The notes under the pieces were generated by a model, which saw only the letters and a program-made list of their open reading frames with translations, did not search any database and was not told the origin of the DNA. The translations under genes were made by a program, and so were the position numbers. Of a DNA stretch of 52,653 bases, positions 35,140 through 43,889 are shown piece after piece (position 1 is the first letter of the stretch; every line of letters starts with the position of its first letter). The DNA comes from Ignavibacteria bacterium (GTDB taxonomy: Bacteria > Elusimicrobiota > Endomicrobiia > PHAN01): positions 1 through 52,653 of the forward strand of contig JBGFRZ010000053.1 in NCBI GenBank assembly GCA_041694835.1. Reading direction: 5' to 3'.

Positions 35140-35417
35140 AACTTATGTCCTTTATACGCTGTAACCGGGAACATCGAGACGATGAAGTCTTTGTTAAGGT
35201 TCAAAAAATCCACCTCATAAGACCACTCAACGCCCGGCGTGATTGATTCAACCTCTGCGCTTGAAACAGGAATAAACTGGCGGCTTGCGACATTTATAAA
35301 ATCGCTGAGCCGTCCGCCCGGCGGAAGATACACTACGCCTCTGATCTTACAGTCTTCAAGATAGATAATTACCTCAATCGGCTCTCTGGATGCATAATCA
35401 AATGATTCCTGTGTCAT
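35136..35417 (-). CDS. Small hypothetical protein
   Basis: AGGAGG SD, stop overlaps next gene; IRG.VYLP...RLSDF.N...FIPV pattern. Confidence 0.7.
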   Translation of the reverse strand: MTQESFDYASREPIEVIIYLEDCKIRGVVYLPPGGRLSDFINVASRQFIPVSSAEVESITPGVEWSYEVDFLNLNKDFIVSMFPVTAYKGHKL

Positions 35418-35436
35418 AAAACCTCCTGCGATGCGA

Positions 35437-36825
35437 TTATTTCCGCAACTGAGTTCCTTCCATAATTACCGTCGTCTTGTCTCTGTAAATAGCACGGAAA
35501 CCTTCTTTGCTCAGCGATAAAGTAAGCGGGTGCTCCGATGGCCATATTATAGTATTTATTCCGTATTTTCTGAATATTTCTACGGCTTTTTCCAAATCCA
35601 CCTCTCGCGACAGCAAAACGGCGTATTCGTCCAAAAATTCTCTGCTAAAGACCTGCGTTCTTCCGTCCATAAACACCTTATACTCCGGCCAGAGTTTGTA
35701 AATAAAATATCCGCCGTAGTCGAAAAAATTGGCTATTGGAGGCGGGGGCTTCCTTTCTTTTATAAACTCCGATGCTCCAACGGGAACGCTTTTAGCGATA
35801 GGGGTAACATAGTCGGAAAAGAACCTGAAAAAAAAGACGACAGCAAGTGTGAATATAAAAAAGCGTTTAATAAAAATGGATACGCTCGGCGGAGGCAGGT
35901 TTACCCCTGAATTTCTAAGAAGCACCCCAAAAAACGGAAGTGATATAAGCGGGAAAAATGCGATATGCCTCAATGCCGTCAGAGAATACATAAGGGGAAA
36001 AAACACGAAAAAAAGCGGGAGGAAAGAAACTTTCTTTCTAATAACGAAAACAAAAACTATCGCCGCCAATACGAATATCCAAAAAGCAAATACCTGCGAA
36101 TCCCATGGGTACGGCCTTTCCATCTCCATTACCCATGACCATGTCCAGGAGTGAGTTGCGAGCTCCCAGAACTGCGAATATATTCCAAGCACGTAAGGAT
36201 TGAGCAACGTTACTAAAATACATATAAAAAAGAGCGCCAAAAGTTTAAAGTCGATTTTTTTCTTCTCGATAAATTGGATTAAAATAAAAGCGAATACAAG
36301 AAAAATGCCGACGACAAAGTAAATATGAGAGTTCGCCCAGACGAGAAAAATCAGAGGAAGAAGCGGTGTTATGTCCTTTAATTTAATGTATTTCAGCGCC
36401 AAAATTCCACAAACGGCCGAGATAAATAAAAATGAGAATATATGAGGTCTCAGTTCCCAGACGGGATATGACGAGCCCCATCCCAAAAAAACAGCGAGGG
36501 CGGCAAACTGTGAATTATTTATTATTTTTCCGATGAAAAAATACAAAATCGTTGAAATTATTGAAAGTATGAAAATCCTTAAAACTATGAGAGCAAAATA
36601 CCCAAATTTTGAGGTTAGATAAAATATCGTCTGAGGCAGCCAGGAGTATGCCCGCCACCTGTTCCCATGCGATGTGAAGGAAAAGACATCCTTTGTCGGA
36701 AAAGAGCCTGTTGCAATTATCATCTCGCCGGTCTTTATATGCCACCACAAATCCGGGTCATGGAGGGGACCGGTGGCGATGATAAAAGACATCAGTATTA
36801 AGACCGCAAGAAAAAATCGCTTCAT
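35437..36825 (-). CDS. Polytopic membrane protein, GT-C glycosyltransferase-like
   Basis: DPDLWWHIKTG after TM1, W.NSH, GGY..Y, VFMDGR; ~10 hydrophobic segments. Confidence 0.65.
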   Translation of the reverse strand: MKRFFLAVLILMSFIIATGPLHDPDLWWHIKTGEMIIATGSFPTKDVFSFTSHGNRWRAYSWLPQTIFYLTSKFGYFALIVLRIFILSIISTILYFFIGKIINNSQFAALAVFLGWGSSYPVWELRPHIFSFLFISAVCGILALKYIKLKDITPLLPLIFLVWANSHIYFVVGIFLVFAFILIQFIEKKKIDFKLLALFFICILVTLLNPYVLGIYSQFWELATHSWTWSWVMEMERPYPWDSQVFAFWIFVLAAIVFVFVIRKKVSFLPLFFVFFPLMYSLTALRHIAFFPLISLPFFGVLLRNSGVNLPPPSVSIFIKRFFIFTLAVVFFFRFFSDYVTPIAKSVPVGASEFIKERKPPPPIANFFDYGGYFIYKLWPEYKVFMDGRTQVFSREFLDEYAVLLSREVDLEKAVEIFRKYGINTIIWPSEHPLTLSLSKEGFRAIYRDKTTVIMEGTQLRK

Positions 36826-36865
36826 TGTAGAGTAGTTCTCTGTGACAGAAGTTATTGATAGCAGT

Positions 36866-37220
36866 TGTCATTGCGAGAACCGCTCAACATCAGGGGTGAC
36901 AATTTTTGTAAATCCCCTTGAGCGGAGTTTACCCCGCACAGTTATTGTGCGGGGCTTCCCGCCAAATCCCCCCTCCCCCCCTTTATTAAAGTGGGGAAGC
37001 GAAGCTTTTCTAGATCTTCTTCATTTACGAATTCACCTATATTCCCCATTTTGTAAAGGGGGATTGAGGGGGATTTTTCGTGCTCGTGGTTGCAATGAGA
37101 GTAGGGTAGCATTATCAAGGACTAACTTAACAGAACAGTAGTATGTAGGGAAACTATTTACCCCCTACAATTTGCCACTAACGATAAACTACCAGCCACG
37201 AGCAACGAGTCACGGGCAAT
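36866..37220. repeat. Composite hairpin repeat region
   Basis: TGTCATTGCGAG..TTGCAATGA ends; CCCCGCACA..TGTGCGGGG; AAATCCCCC..GGGGGATTT; GTAGGG..CCCTAC; CGAGCCA-type units. Confidence 0.7.
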
Positions 37221-37225
37221 CAGCA

Positions 37226-38083
37226 TTAAAACGGAAGTCGTTCTATCCCGATTCCTTCTTTGACTATAGAAGGCGTTATAAAAATAACAACGTTGGTTTT
37301 CTCGTCGCGACTCTTTTGCCAACTGAATAGATATCCAAGCAGCGGTATATCCATTAAAAGCGGTATGCCGGCGCGATACTCTTCGGTAAGGTTTCTGGTT
37401 AAGCCCGCTATAGCGATTGCTTCTCCGTCGTTTACAAGAACACTTGAAGCGGCGCGACGCTTTATCATCGCAGGAACGGTGGCCTGGCCAATCGTAATTG
37501 AAAGCGATGGGTCAAGGTCGCTTACTTCCGTATAGAACGAAATGCCAATTTGATTTTCTCCGACAATAGTGGGAAGAATATCAAGTTTTACACCGTACTC
37601 TTTCCACTCAATTGAAACTTCCATCGCCGTAGCGATTGCGTAAGGAACCTCGCCTCCGACCATGACACTCGCGCTGGTCTCGTTCTTAGTCACAAGTCGT
37701 GGCTCTGCAAGAATCTTTGCGGCGCCCCTTTCCGTCAAAAATCTAATATCATTTCTTATTGCTGTCCAGCGGGCAAACTCGCCTAATCTAAAAAGCGACG
37801 GAACCTCCGGCAAGACCATCGGGACACGTGCATCCACCGACCACGAAATTTCACCCGTCTCAATCCTATCTATCCATTTGATTCCAAGTTCTCTTGCTTT
37901 TCTTGTGCGGATTTCGACTATTTCTGCCGATATCTGAACAAGTCGGGCCCTTTTTTTGTTTATTTCGTTAAGGGCTGTCAGTTCCTCGGCGCCCATATCT
38001 TCGCTCATCGCTTTCGGCACCTGCGCATGGGCGATTGTGGCGCAGAAGAAAATAAACATAAAGACAAGGTTCTTTTTAATCAT
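37226..38083 (-). CDS. Short secretin (RcpA/CpaC-like)
   Basis: Signal peptide; AKILAEP.L, GGEVP, EYGVKLDILP, IP.L.DIPLLGYLF, IFITP. Confidence 0.85.
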   Translation of the reverse strand: MIKKNLVFMFIFFCATIAHAQVPKAMSEDMGAEELTALNEINKKRARLVQISAEIVEIRTRKARELGIKWIDRIETGEISWSVDARVPMVLPEVPSLFRLGEFARWTAIRNDIRFLTERGAAKILAEPRLVTKNETSASVMVGGEVPYAIATAMEVSIEWKEYGVKLDILPTIVGENQIGISFYTEVSDLDPSLSITIGQATVPAMIKRRAASSVLVNDGEAIAIAGLTRNLTEEYRAGIPLLMDIPLLGYLFSWQKSRDEKTNVVIFITPSIVKEGIGIERLPF

Positions 38084-38103
38084 ACATCCCTCTTATGAAA
38101 TCC

Positions 38104-38457
38104 TTAAGGATCTCGTGAAATTTTGACTATATCGCCGCAAGAAAAATAAGAATCCAAATCGTTCCTCGCGGCCAACTCCACAACATTTTCCGAGTTTTTT
38201 ACAAAATGCGTAACCCTCCACGGCTGCAGGTTTTTTACGATTTTTACGACCCGTCTGTCTTTATCCAGAAAAATAACATCTATGGGAAACTTCATGAAAA
38301 AACTGTGCACCGAGTTGCATTTTGTTATGATTATTGCTTCGTCTCGCTCCATTTTTCCGCGGAACATCAATCCTATTAAACGTTCAAAAAAACCAGAGGC
38401 AATCTCTAAATCAGTGGATATCACTTTGTTTTTAGTAGTATTTATCAACCGCCCCAT
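38104..38457 (-). CDS. DUF192 family protein
   Basis: R..GLMFR, VHSFFMKFPIDVIFLD, L.PWR, VVEL. Confidence 0.85.
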   Translation of the reverse strand: MGRLINTTKNKVISTDLEIASGFFERLIGLMFRGKMERDEAIIITKCNSVHSFFMKFPIDVIFLDKDRRVVKIVKNLQPWRVTHFVKNSENVVELAARNDLDSYFSCGDIVKISRDP

Positions 38458-38942
38458 AGTTTGTATGCCATCATCCCAAAAGACAAAAACACCCCGTAGG
38501 GCAAATCGACATTCATGGGATTACGAGACATCTGCTTAAAACCTGTGAGAAAAAAGAGTTTTAAAAATTCCAGTGTGTTACCCCAGGTCGACTTGAACTG
38601 CTTCTTTATTATCAGCAAAAAACTCACGATAATTCCAGCGAGAATAAATCCCCAAATGCTTCCCATGACAACAAATTCATATCCCATGAGAGCCCCGACA
38701 GCGCCCACGAATTTTACATCTCCGCCGCCACATCCTCCCAATTTGTAAACCCACCCAAGGAGTGCAAGTCCGACGACAAGGCCTATTAAGCTGTTTGTCA
38801 GGCCGCTTACACCCTGTAAAAATGTATTGTAAAAAATACCGAAAAATGCAACGGTGAAAGTTGAGCAGTTGTATATCTTTTTGTACCTTATATCAGTAAA
38901 AATGACCACTACAAGAAAAATCCAAAAGACAATGTCTATCAT
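38445..38942 (-). CDS. cpaA: Prepilin peptidase (A24, CpaA/TadV-like)
   Basis: TD....KIYN, GGGDVK, LPYGV. Confidence 0.88.
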   Translation of the reverse strand: MIDIVFWIFLVVVIFTDIRYKKIYNCSTFTVAFFGIFYNTFLQGVSGLTNSLIGLVVGLALLGWVYKLGGCGGGDVKFVGAVGALMGYEFVVMGSIWGFILAGIIVSFLLIIKKQFKSTWGNTLEFLKLFFLTGFKQMSRNPMNVDLPYGVFLSFGMMAYKLWGG

Positions 38943-38943
38943 C

Positions 38944-39034
38944 TTGCTTCTCGTTCGTTACTTCTTGCTCGTTGATGGTTGCTCGTTTTTCAAGTCGCCA
39001 GTCACTATTTACTATTTGCTATTCGCTATTCGCT
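38944..39034. repeat. Heptamer tandem repeats
   Basis: TGCTCGT, CCAGTC(A/G), CTATT(T/C)(A/G) units, as at ~22220 and ~24050. Confidence 0.7.
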
Positions 39035-39036
39035 TT

Positions 39037-40323
39037 CTATCTTTCTATTCTCCTGCGGGCGCGGTGGAGCGCTCTTTGGGCTCGCGTATGCTCGGGGTTA
39101 TATCTGAGTGCTTGCTCCCAGAGTTTGATAGCTTCGGTAAGTCGCCCTTCGGCAAACTCGTGCAGTCCTTTTTCGTATAATTCTTCTGCTTTTTCAAGCG
39201 AGCGTGCAGGTTTGTCAACTTGCTCTTTTGGAGCGATAGATGGTGTGGCTTTTCTGTCAGGTCTTGCTCTCCTCGGACGTTTGGGCTCTTTAGGTGTAAT
39301 TATTCTGTCATCAATTATCTCGATTGTCACTTCTTGCTGCCGCTCTCCTTTTGGGGCCAGCGTTTTCGTGAATTTTGCATAAAACTCTCTCGCCTCTATG
39401 CGCCTTGGTTGTAGAGCAAGAATTTTTCTAAGCTCATTTACTGCGCTCCGTAAATCTCCCCGCACATAAAAAAGAAACGCCTTCCCATAGAATTCGTCAA
39501 CTCCGACGAGCGTCGCCCGCTCGAGTTTTCTTTTTACTTCTGTGACCATTCTGTTTTGAAACGAGCGAACCGCCATATTATCGGGTATAATAAACAATGC
39601 TTTCTCGGTTTTTTCGTAAGCGCTCAACCATCTGCCGCTCCCGTAATCGTGTTTGGCTTCAGCAAGAAGAAGTTCCGCTCGCACACTCCTATTTTCTATA
39701 GCGATATCCTTGGCTTCTTCTTTGCGCGCCGCTTCAATACTTTCCTGTTTCGTTTCTGCGCGAACCGGTCGTGCGACCTCGGCAAGTCCCCCCATATTTC
39801 TTGGCGCGCGCAGTGTTTGCGCTCTAAAATCTCTTGAGTTGTCGTTGGTGTCTCTTAACGGATCCTTTCTTATTATGACCTCGCCTAAAATTTTTTCTAT
39901 CGGTCGTGTCTCCGACTCGGGGGCATCGGGGCCGTAGCCGACGAGGTCTATGACAATCTCTTCAAAATCAATAATCCTGAGAGAACTGTCGCTTGAAATT
40001 CCAAATCCGAAATTACCGACAAGGTCTGGTCTAACATTTACAGTCGTGTAATTCTTTGAAGCGATCAGATAAAAACTTTTGGGCCGAATGAATGTATCTT
40101 CGGGTATTACGGCGAGCGTCCTCCATGGGGTTGTGCGCGAGGACCTGTATTGCAATCTCCAGAGCGACACATTGATTATCTCATTTGAAGAAGGGTTAAA
40201 AATCTCAACATATTCGTCTATTGCAGATTTTTCACTGCCAAATGAAACCTGCGATATTACAATCTGGGAAGAGCCTGACCTTGCGGCAAGAAAAAGGATA
40301 AAAAATAAAAAAAGTAAATTCAT
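39037..40323 (-). CDS. Secreted lamin-tail-domain + TPR protein
   Basis: IVISQV..DEYVEIFNP..W.LQY..DTNDNSRDF (LTD); C-terminal TPR-like helices. Confidence 0.7.
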   Translation of the reverse strand: MNLLFLFFILFLAARSGSSQIVISQVSFGSEKSAIDEYVEIFNPSSNEIINVSLWRLQYRSSRTTPWRTLAVIPEDTFIRPKSFYLIASKNYTTVNVRPDLVGNFGFGISSDSSLRIIDFEEIVIDLVGYGPDAPESETRPIEKILGEVIIRKDPLRDTNDNSRDFRAQTLRAPRNMGGLAEVARPVRAETKQESIEAARKEEAKDIAIENRSVRAELLLAEAKHDYGSGRWLSAYEKTEKALFIIPDNMAVRSFQNRMVTEVKRKLERATLVGVDEFYGKAFLFYVRGDLRSAVNELRKILALQPRRIEAREFYAKFTKTLAPKGERQQEVTIEIIDDRIITPKEPKRPRRARPDRKATPSIAPKEQVDKPARSLEKAEELYEKGLHEFAEGRLTEAIKLWEQALRYNPEHTRAQRALHRARRRIER

Positions 40324-40324
40324 A

Positions 40325-41395
40325 TTATGATAAAACAATTATTGTCCCTATCCTTTCCCGTTCAAGGTTATCGGTCATCGTGCATATGGATATCCTGGCG
40401 CTTAAACTCGACAAAGTCTCGGTTAGTATGGTGTTCGGCTGCCTTTCTGCGTCGGAGAGCATGCTCATAATCTCGGATGAACGGGTTATCTCAAGTATGT
40501 GTTTTCCCACGACATCATCCGAGACAGAAATTAAATTTATCGCATGAGAATTTATGTATATTACTTTGTTCTGATCGTCAAGGACTATAAGTCCCTCCGA
40601 AAAAAACTTCGCGAAGCCAGTTATGAAATAATTTTTCATCTTGCCCATAGACGTTATCTTGTTCTCATAGGAATCACAAATCGCTCTCGTTTCGGACATT
40701 GTCTTTTGTATTTGAGCGGCGATGTCAGATATTTCATCATCCCTGCCGAACCTTATTTTCTCGCTGATCCTCCCCTTGGCGGCCGACTCGATAAGGGCGT
40801 TCAAATCCGAAAAGCCCTTTGAGATATTTAACGAGGATACGAAAACACCTATTACCGATAGGGCGAGCATGAATATCAGTATAAGAGTGGCTTGCTGTCT
40901 GTAGTTGTCCATCTGCTTTGAAACACTCTCTATGTTGAATCCGATTCTCAGCACAGCGACTTTTCGAAAGTTTATGAGCACGGGCGATGAAACGTCGTAA
41001 ATTTTTTCACCATTGTAAATTTCCTGAATCAAAGTGTCGTCGGCTTCAAGGGTTCTTAGAGTTGTCGTGTCAGAAAGCCTCTCCCTGACTTTTGTTGAAT
41101 CCGTGTGCATAAGCACTTTTCCTTCTTGGTTAATTATCATCGCGTATTGACAGTCGGGAATTTTTTTGAGACGGTCCATGTAGGATATAAGCAGTATGTC
41201 GTCTTTTATCTCCATGGCGTCTGAAACCGCCATAGCGTATGTTTCTGTAAGCAGTTTTGCCTGATTGAGACTCTTTTCAACAAGTGTCGCCCTCAAATGA
41301 ATGAAAACAAAAATGGCAACGCCCAGTGATATGACGGAGAAAAACACGGCAAGGAAAATAATCAACCGCGCTACGATGCCTATGCGTATCTTCAT
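40325..41395 (-). CDS. Membrane sensor-like protein (periplasmic domain, HAMP, PAS; no kinase domain)
   Basis: Two TM segments, RDDEISDIA HAMP-like motif, EGLIVLD..YINS PAS-like motif. Confidence 0.65.
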   Translation of the reverse strand: MKIRIGIVARLIIFLAVFFSVISLGVAIFVFIHLRATLVEKSLNQAKLLTETYAMAVSDAMEIKDDILLISYMDRLKKIPDCQYAMIINQEGKVLMHTDSTKVRERLSDTTTLRTLEADDTLIQEIYNGEKIYDVSSPVLINFRKVAVLRIGFNIESVSKQMDNYRQQATLILIFMLALSVIGVFVSSLNISKGFSDLNALIESAAKGRISEKIRFGRDDEISDIAAQIQKTMSETRAICDSYENKITSMGKMKNYFITGFAKFFSEGLIVLDDQNKVIYINSHAINLISVSDDVVGKHILEITRSSEIMSMLSDAERQPNTILTETLSSLSARISICTMTDNLERERIGTIIVLS

Positions 41396-41460
41396 TTTTC
41401 AATGTTCATGTTTGTCCGACAATTACTCCATGCGTTATGGCGGGGTTTATTGGCGCAATT

Positions 41461-41600
41461 GAGGGACACTAAATAGAGACAAGAGACGAGAGGTGAGAGT
41501 TCAAGAGTTGAGAGTTTAGAGTTGAGAGTGTAGAGATGTCTGGTAGTGTCTCTAAACTCTCAACTCTAAACTTGTCCCCTATCCTCTATTCTCTAAACTA
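41461..41600. repeat. Short-tandem-repeat hairpin inside the Tad operon
   Basis: AGAGTTGAGAGTTTAGAG pairs with CTCTAAACTCTCAACTCT. Confidence 0.8.
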
Positions 41601-41602
41601 GT

Positions 41603-42496
41603 TTACCACATGCGACCTGTCCCAAGAACCCTCAAGAACAGCGGAGCGAACAACATCAGAAAAATCGAAGGCAAGATGCAAAAAATTAGAGGGAATAACA
41701 TCTTTATGGGCGCCTGTTGCGCCAGCTTTTCCGCAAGTTGGAATCTCTTTATACGCATCTGCTCGGACTGTATCCTCAGCACAGGACCGAGCGGAGAGCT
41801 TATCTTTTCTGCCTGTATAATATTTGTTATCGCGGCGGTAAAATCAGGGTTGTTTACTCTTTTGATCATATCCTCCAGTGCAACAACCCTGGATTGTCCA
41901 AGACGGATGCCCTGCTGCATCAGCATTAACTCCTCGATGAGCGGTGTTACTTTGGACTTGGCAGTCACCTTTGAGACGGCGGCGTTGAAATCTATTCCGG
42001 CTTCCATCGAAAGCGTTATCAAATCCAAAACATCCGGGAGAGTCCTTATAATTGCTCTGTGTCTTTTCGTTATAAGACCTTTAAGCCACAAATAAGGCAG
42101 GGCAATCCCTAATCCCACGCCAAAGGAAATTTTTATGAAAGGTCCGAATCTTTGAAAGAACATAAAAGATATCACTGTAACAACAAAGGAGGCTAAAACG
42201 CATAAAGCCACGAAGCCGTCAACAGTCACACCAGCTGGATTTCCGGCCATGTCGAGCATTGACTTTATATTTTTCCTGACATTATCAATGCCCGGACCTT
42301 TTAATTTGGAAATCCTGTACTCGAGAAAAGCAAGAACCGACTGCGAAATTTTGTTTAACTCTTTTCCGGCACTCACCTTTTTCATAAGACCGAGGCGCCT
42401 TGCTATATCGAGCTGCTCTCCATGAGGCATATACGCCCTGACGAAAACAAAAACGGCGCCGGCGCTCAAAAGGGTTATCAAAAGTGAATAAATCAT
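41603..42496 (-). CDS. tadC: Tad pilus inner-membrane protein TadC
   Basis: LPDVLDL...MEAG..F..A, AEKLAQQAPIKMLFPL; ATG overlaps the tadB stop. Confidence 0.88.
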   Translation of the reverse strand: MIYSLLITLLSAGAVFVFVRAYMPHGEQLDIARRLGLMKKVSAGKELNKISQSVLAFLEYRISKLKGPGIDNVRKNIKSMLDMAGNPAGVTVDGFVALCVLASFVVTVISFMFFQRFGPFIKISFGVGLGIALPYLWLKGLITKRHRAIIRTLPDVLDLITLSMEAGIDFNAAVSKVTAKSKVTPLIEELMLMQQGIRLGQSRVVALEDMIKRVNNPDFTAAITNIIQAEKISSPLGPVLRIQSEQMRIKRFQLAEKLAQQAPIKMLFPLIFCILPSIFLMLFAPLFLRVLGTGRMW

Positions 42497-43365
42497 ATAT
42501 CTATCGAGATTATTTTTTTTATCAGAAGCCACCCGATTCCGATAAGAAACATAATAAAGAGGATAATAAAGTAGCCGGGCAACGTTGTGTAAAGCGGCCT
42601 CATCATCACCGGGTCTATCAGGTTTATCACGAGACCAAGCCCGAATGGGAGGGCCGTCACAATAATCCCGGAAAGACGCCCCTGCGCCGTCAGAGCCGAT
42701 ATTTTTCCGAACATCTCATTTCTTTTTCTCATCGTCTCCGATATCGTCTCAAGCGCCTCAGACATGTTGCCGCCGGTTTCGCGCGCTATGTTTATTGCCG
42801 TGATGGCTATTTTCATCTCTCTGGAATTTTTCAGCCTTTCGCTCAGGTTATTGAGAGCATCCTCCAGCGCCAGACCGAGACGAAGTTCGTCTACAACCAC
42901 CTTGAACTCGTCCTTCAACGGGGGCTGGCCCTGCTCCGAGAGAACTTCAAGCCCCTGTGAAAAAGAAAGCCCCGAGCGGAGGGAATTTGTGACAAGCACA
43001 AGTCCGTCGGCAAGTTGCATGTCTATCATTTGAAGTTTTTTACTTTCCTTGTATTTTTTGATGATGACCGGCAGATAATAGCCGACACTGGCAAAAAGCA
43101 CAGAGATAAAAAGATTTGCCCTGGTTATTATAAAGGTAGCCACAAAAAAACCAAGTATAACAAACAATCTTTTTCTTTTACCCTCCGGAGTTTTTCCTTC
43201 TGCGGTTGCAAAAAAAAGCATGTCGCGTATTTTGGTGATGGGATGTTCTTCCTTAAACTTTTTCGATGACAGAAAAAGATATATACGTTCAATGACCGGG
43301 TAACTCACCCTCCACACAAGAACACCAAAAATTACGGTTAGAATCAAACCGAAAATAAAAAACAT
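42493..43365 (-). CDS. tadB: Tad pilus inner-membrane protein TadB
   Basis: SLRSGLS, ETGGNMSE.L, ALTAQGRLSG. Confidence 0.9.
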   Translation of the reverse strand: MFFIFGLILTVIFGVLVWRVSYPVIERIYLFLSSKKFKEEHPITKIRDMLFFATAEGKTPEGKRKRLFVILGFFVATFIITRANLFISVLFASVGYYLPVIIKKYKESKKLQMIDMQLADGLVLVTNSLRSGLSFSQGLEVLSEQGQPPLKDEFKVVVDELRLGLALEDALNNLSERLKNSREMKIAITAINIARETGGNMSEALETISETMRKRNEMFGKISALTAQGRLSGIIVTALPFGLGLVINLIDPVMMRPLYTTLPGYFIILFIMFLIGIGWLLIKKIISIDI

Positions 43366-43452
43366 CGTACTTGTCCCCGATATAAAATTATGAATCCATT
43401 GACTATGAAATGTGGACTATGGACTAATCTGTTATTGTTCTCTTTAAGTTTA

Positions 43453-43797
43453 TTACGGCGTCGACGTGCTTATTACTATATCTTTAACAAATACTGTTTC
43501 ACCCGGGCGTGCCATCACATCATTTGAACCCGTTGTGCCCCGAAAGGTTGCTTCTATGGTATATGATTTTGCTGTCGGATACCCCACGACGGCGGGCACT
43601 TCTATCGTAAGATTGTATTTTCCGGCGGCATCGCTCGTTGTTTTTTCAGGATATATTTTTTCTTTTATGGTCGCACCGCTAACAGGAGACAAGGCGCGGT
43701 TATATACGGTGCCTTCAAATGTTATTTTCTGATTACACCCTGAAATCAAAAACCCGGCGTACACAATTAAAAACAAAGGAAAAAAGTAGTTTTTCAT
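43453..43797 (-). CDS. Putative lipoprotein with carboxypeptidase-regulatory-like beta domain
   Basis: LISGC lipobox; GTV...PVSGATI...TTSDAAGKY. Confidence 0.7.
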   Translation of the reverse strand: MKNYFFPLFLIVYAGFLISGCNQKITFEGTVYNRALSPVSGATIKEKIYPEKTTSDAAGKYNLTIEVPAVVGYPTAKSYTIEATFRGTTGSNDVMARPGETVFVKDIVISTSTP

Positions 43798-43889
43798 CGT
43801 AACCTCTTGATTAGAATAAGTGCATAAGTCAAAACTTGTGCTCTTGTCATCCCCTGCCTACTACCTACTACCTGCTATTTGCATAGAGT

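Noticed and set aside
9581-37141. Short ORFs within repeat blocks (9581, 15063, 15235, 18647, 18650, 23796, 23964, 32025, 36842)
   Set aside because: Translations of hairpin repeats or tRNA; no SD or protein motifs
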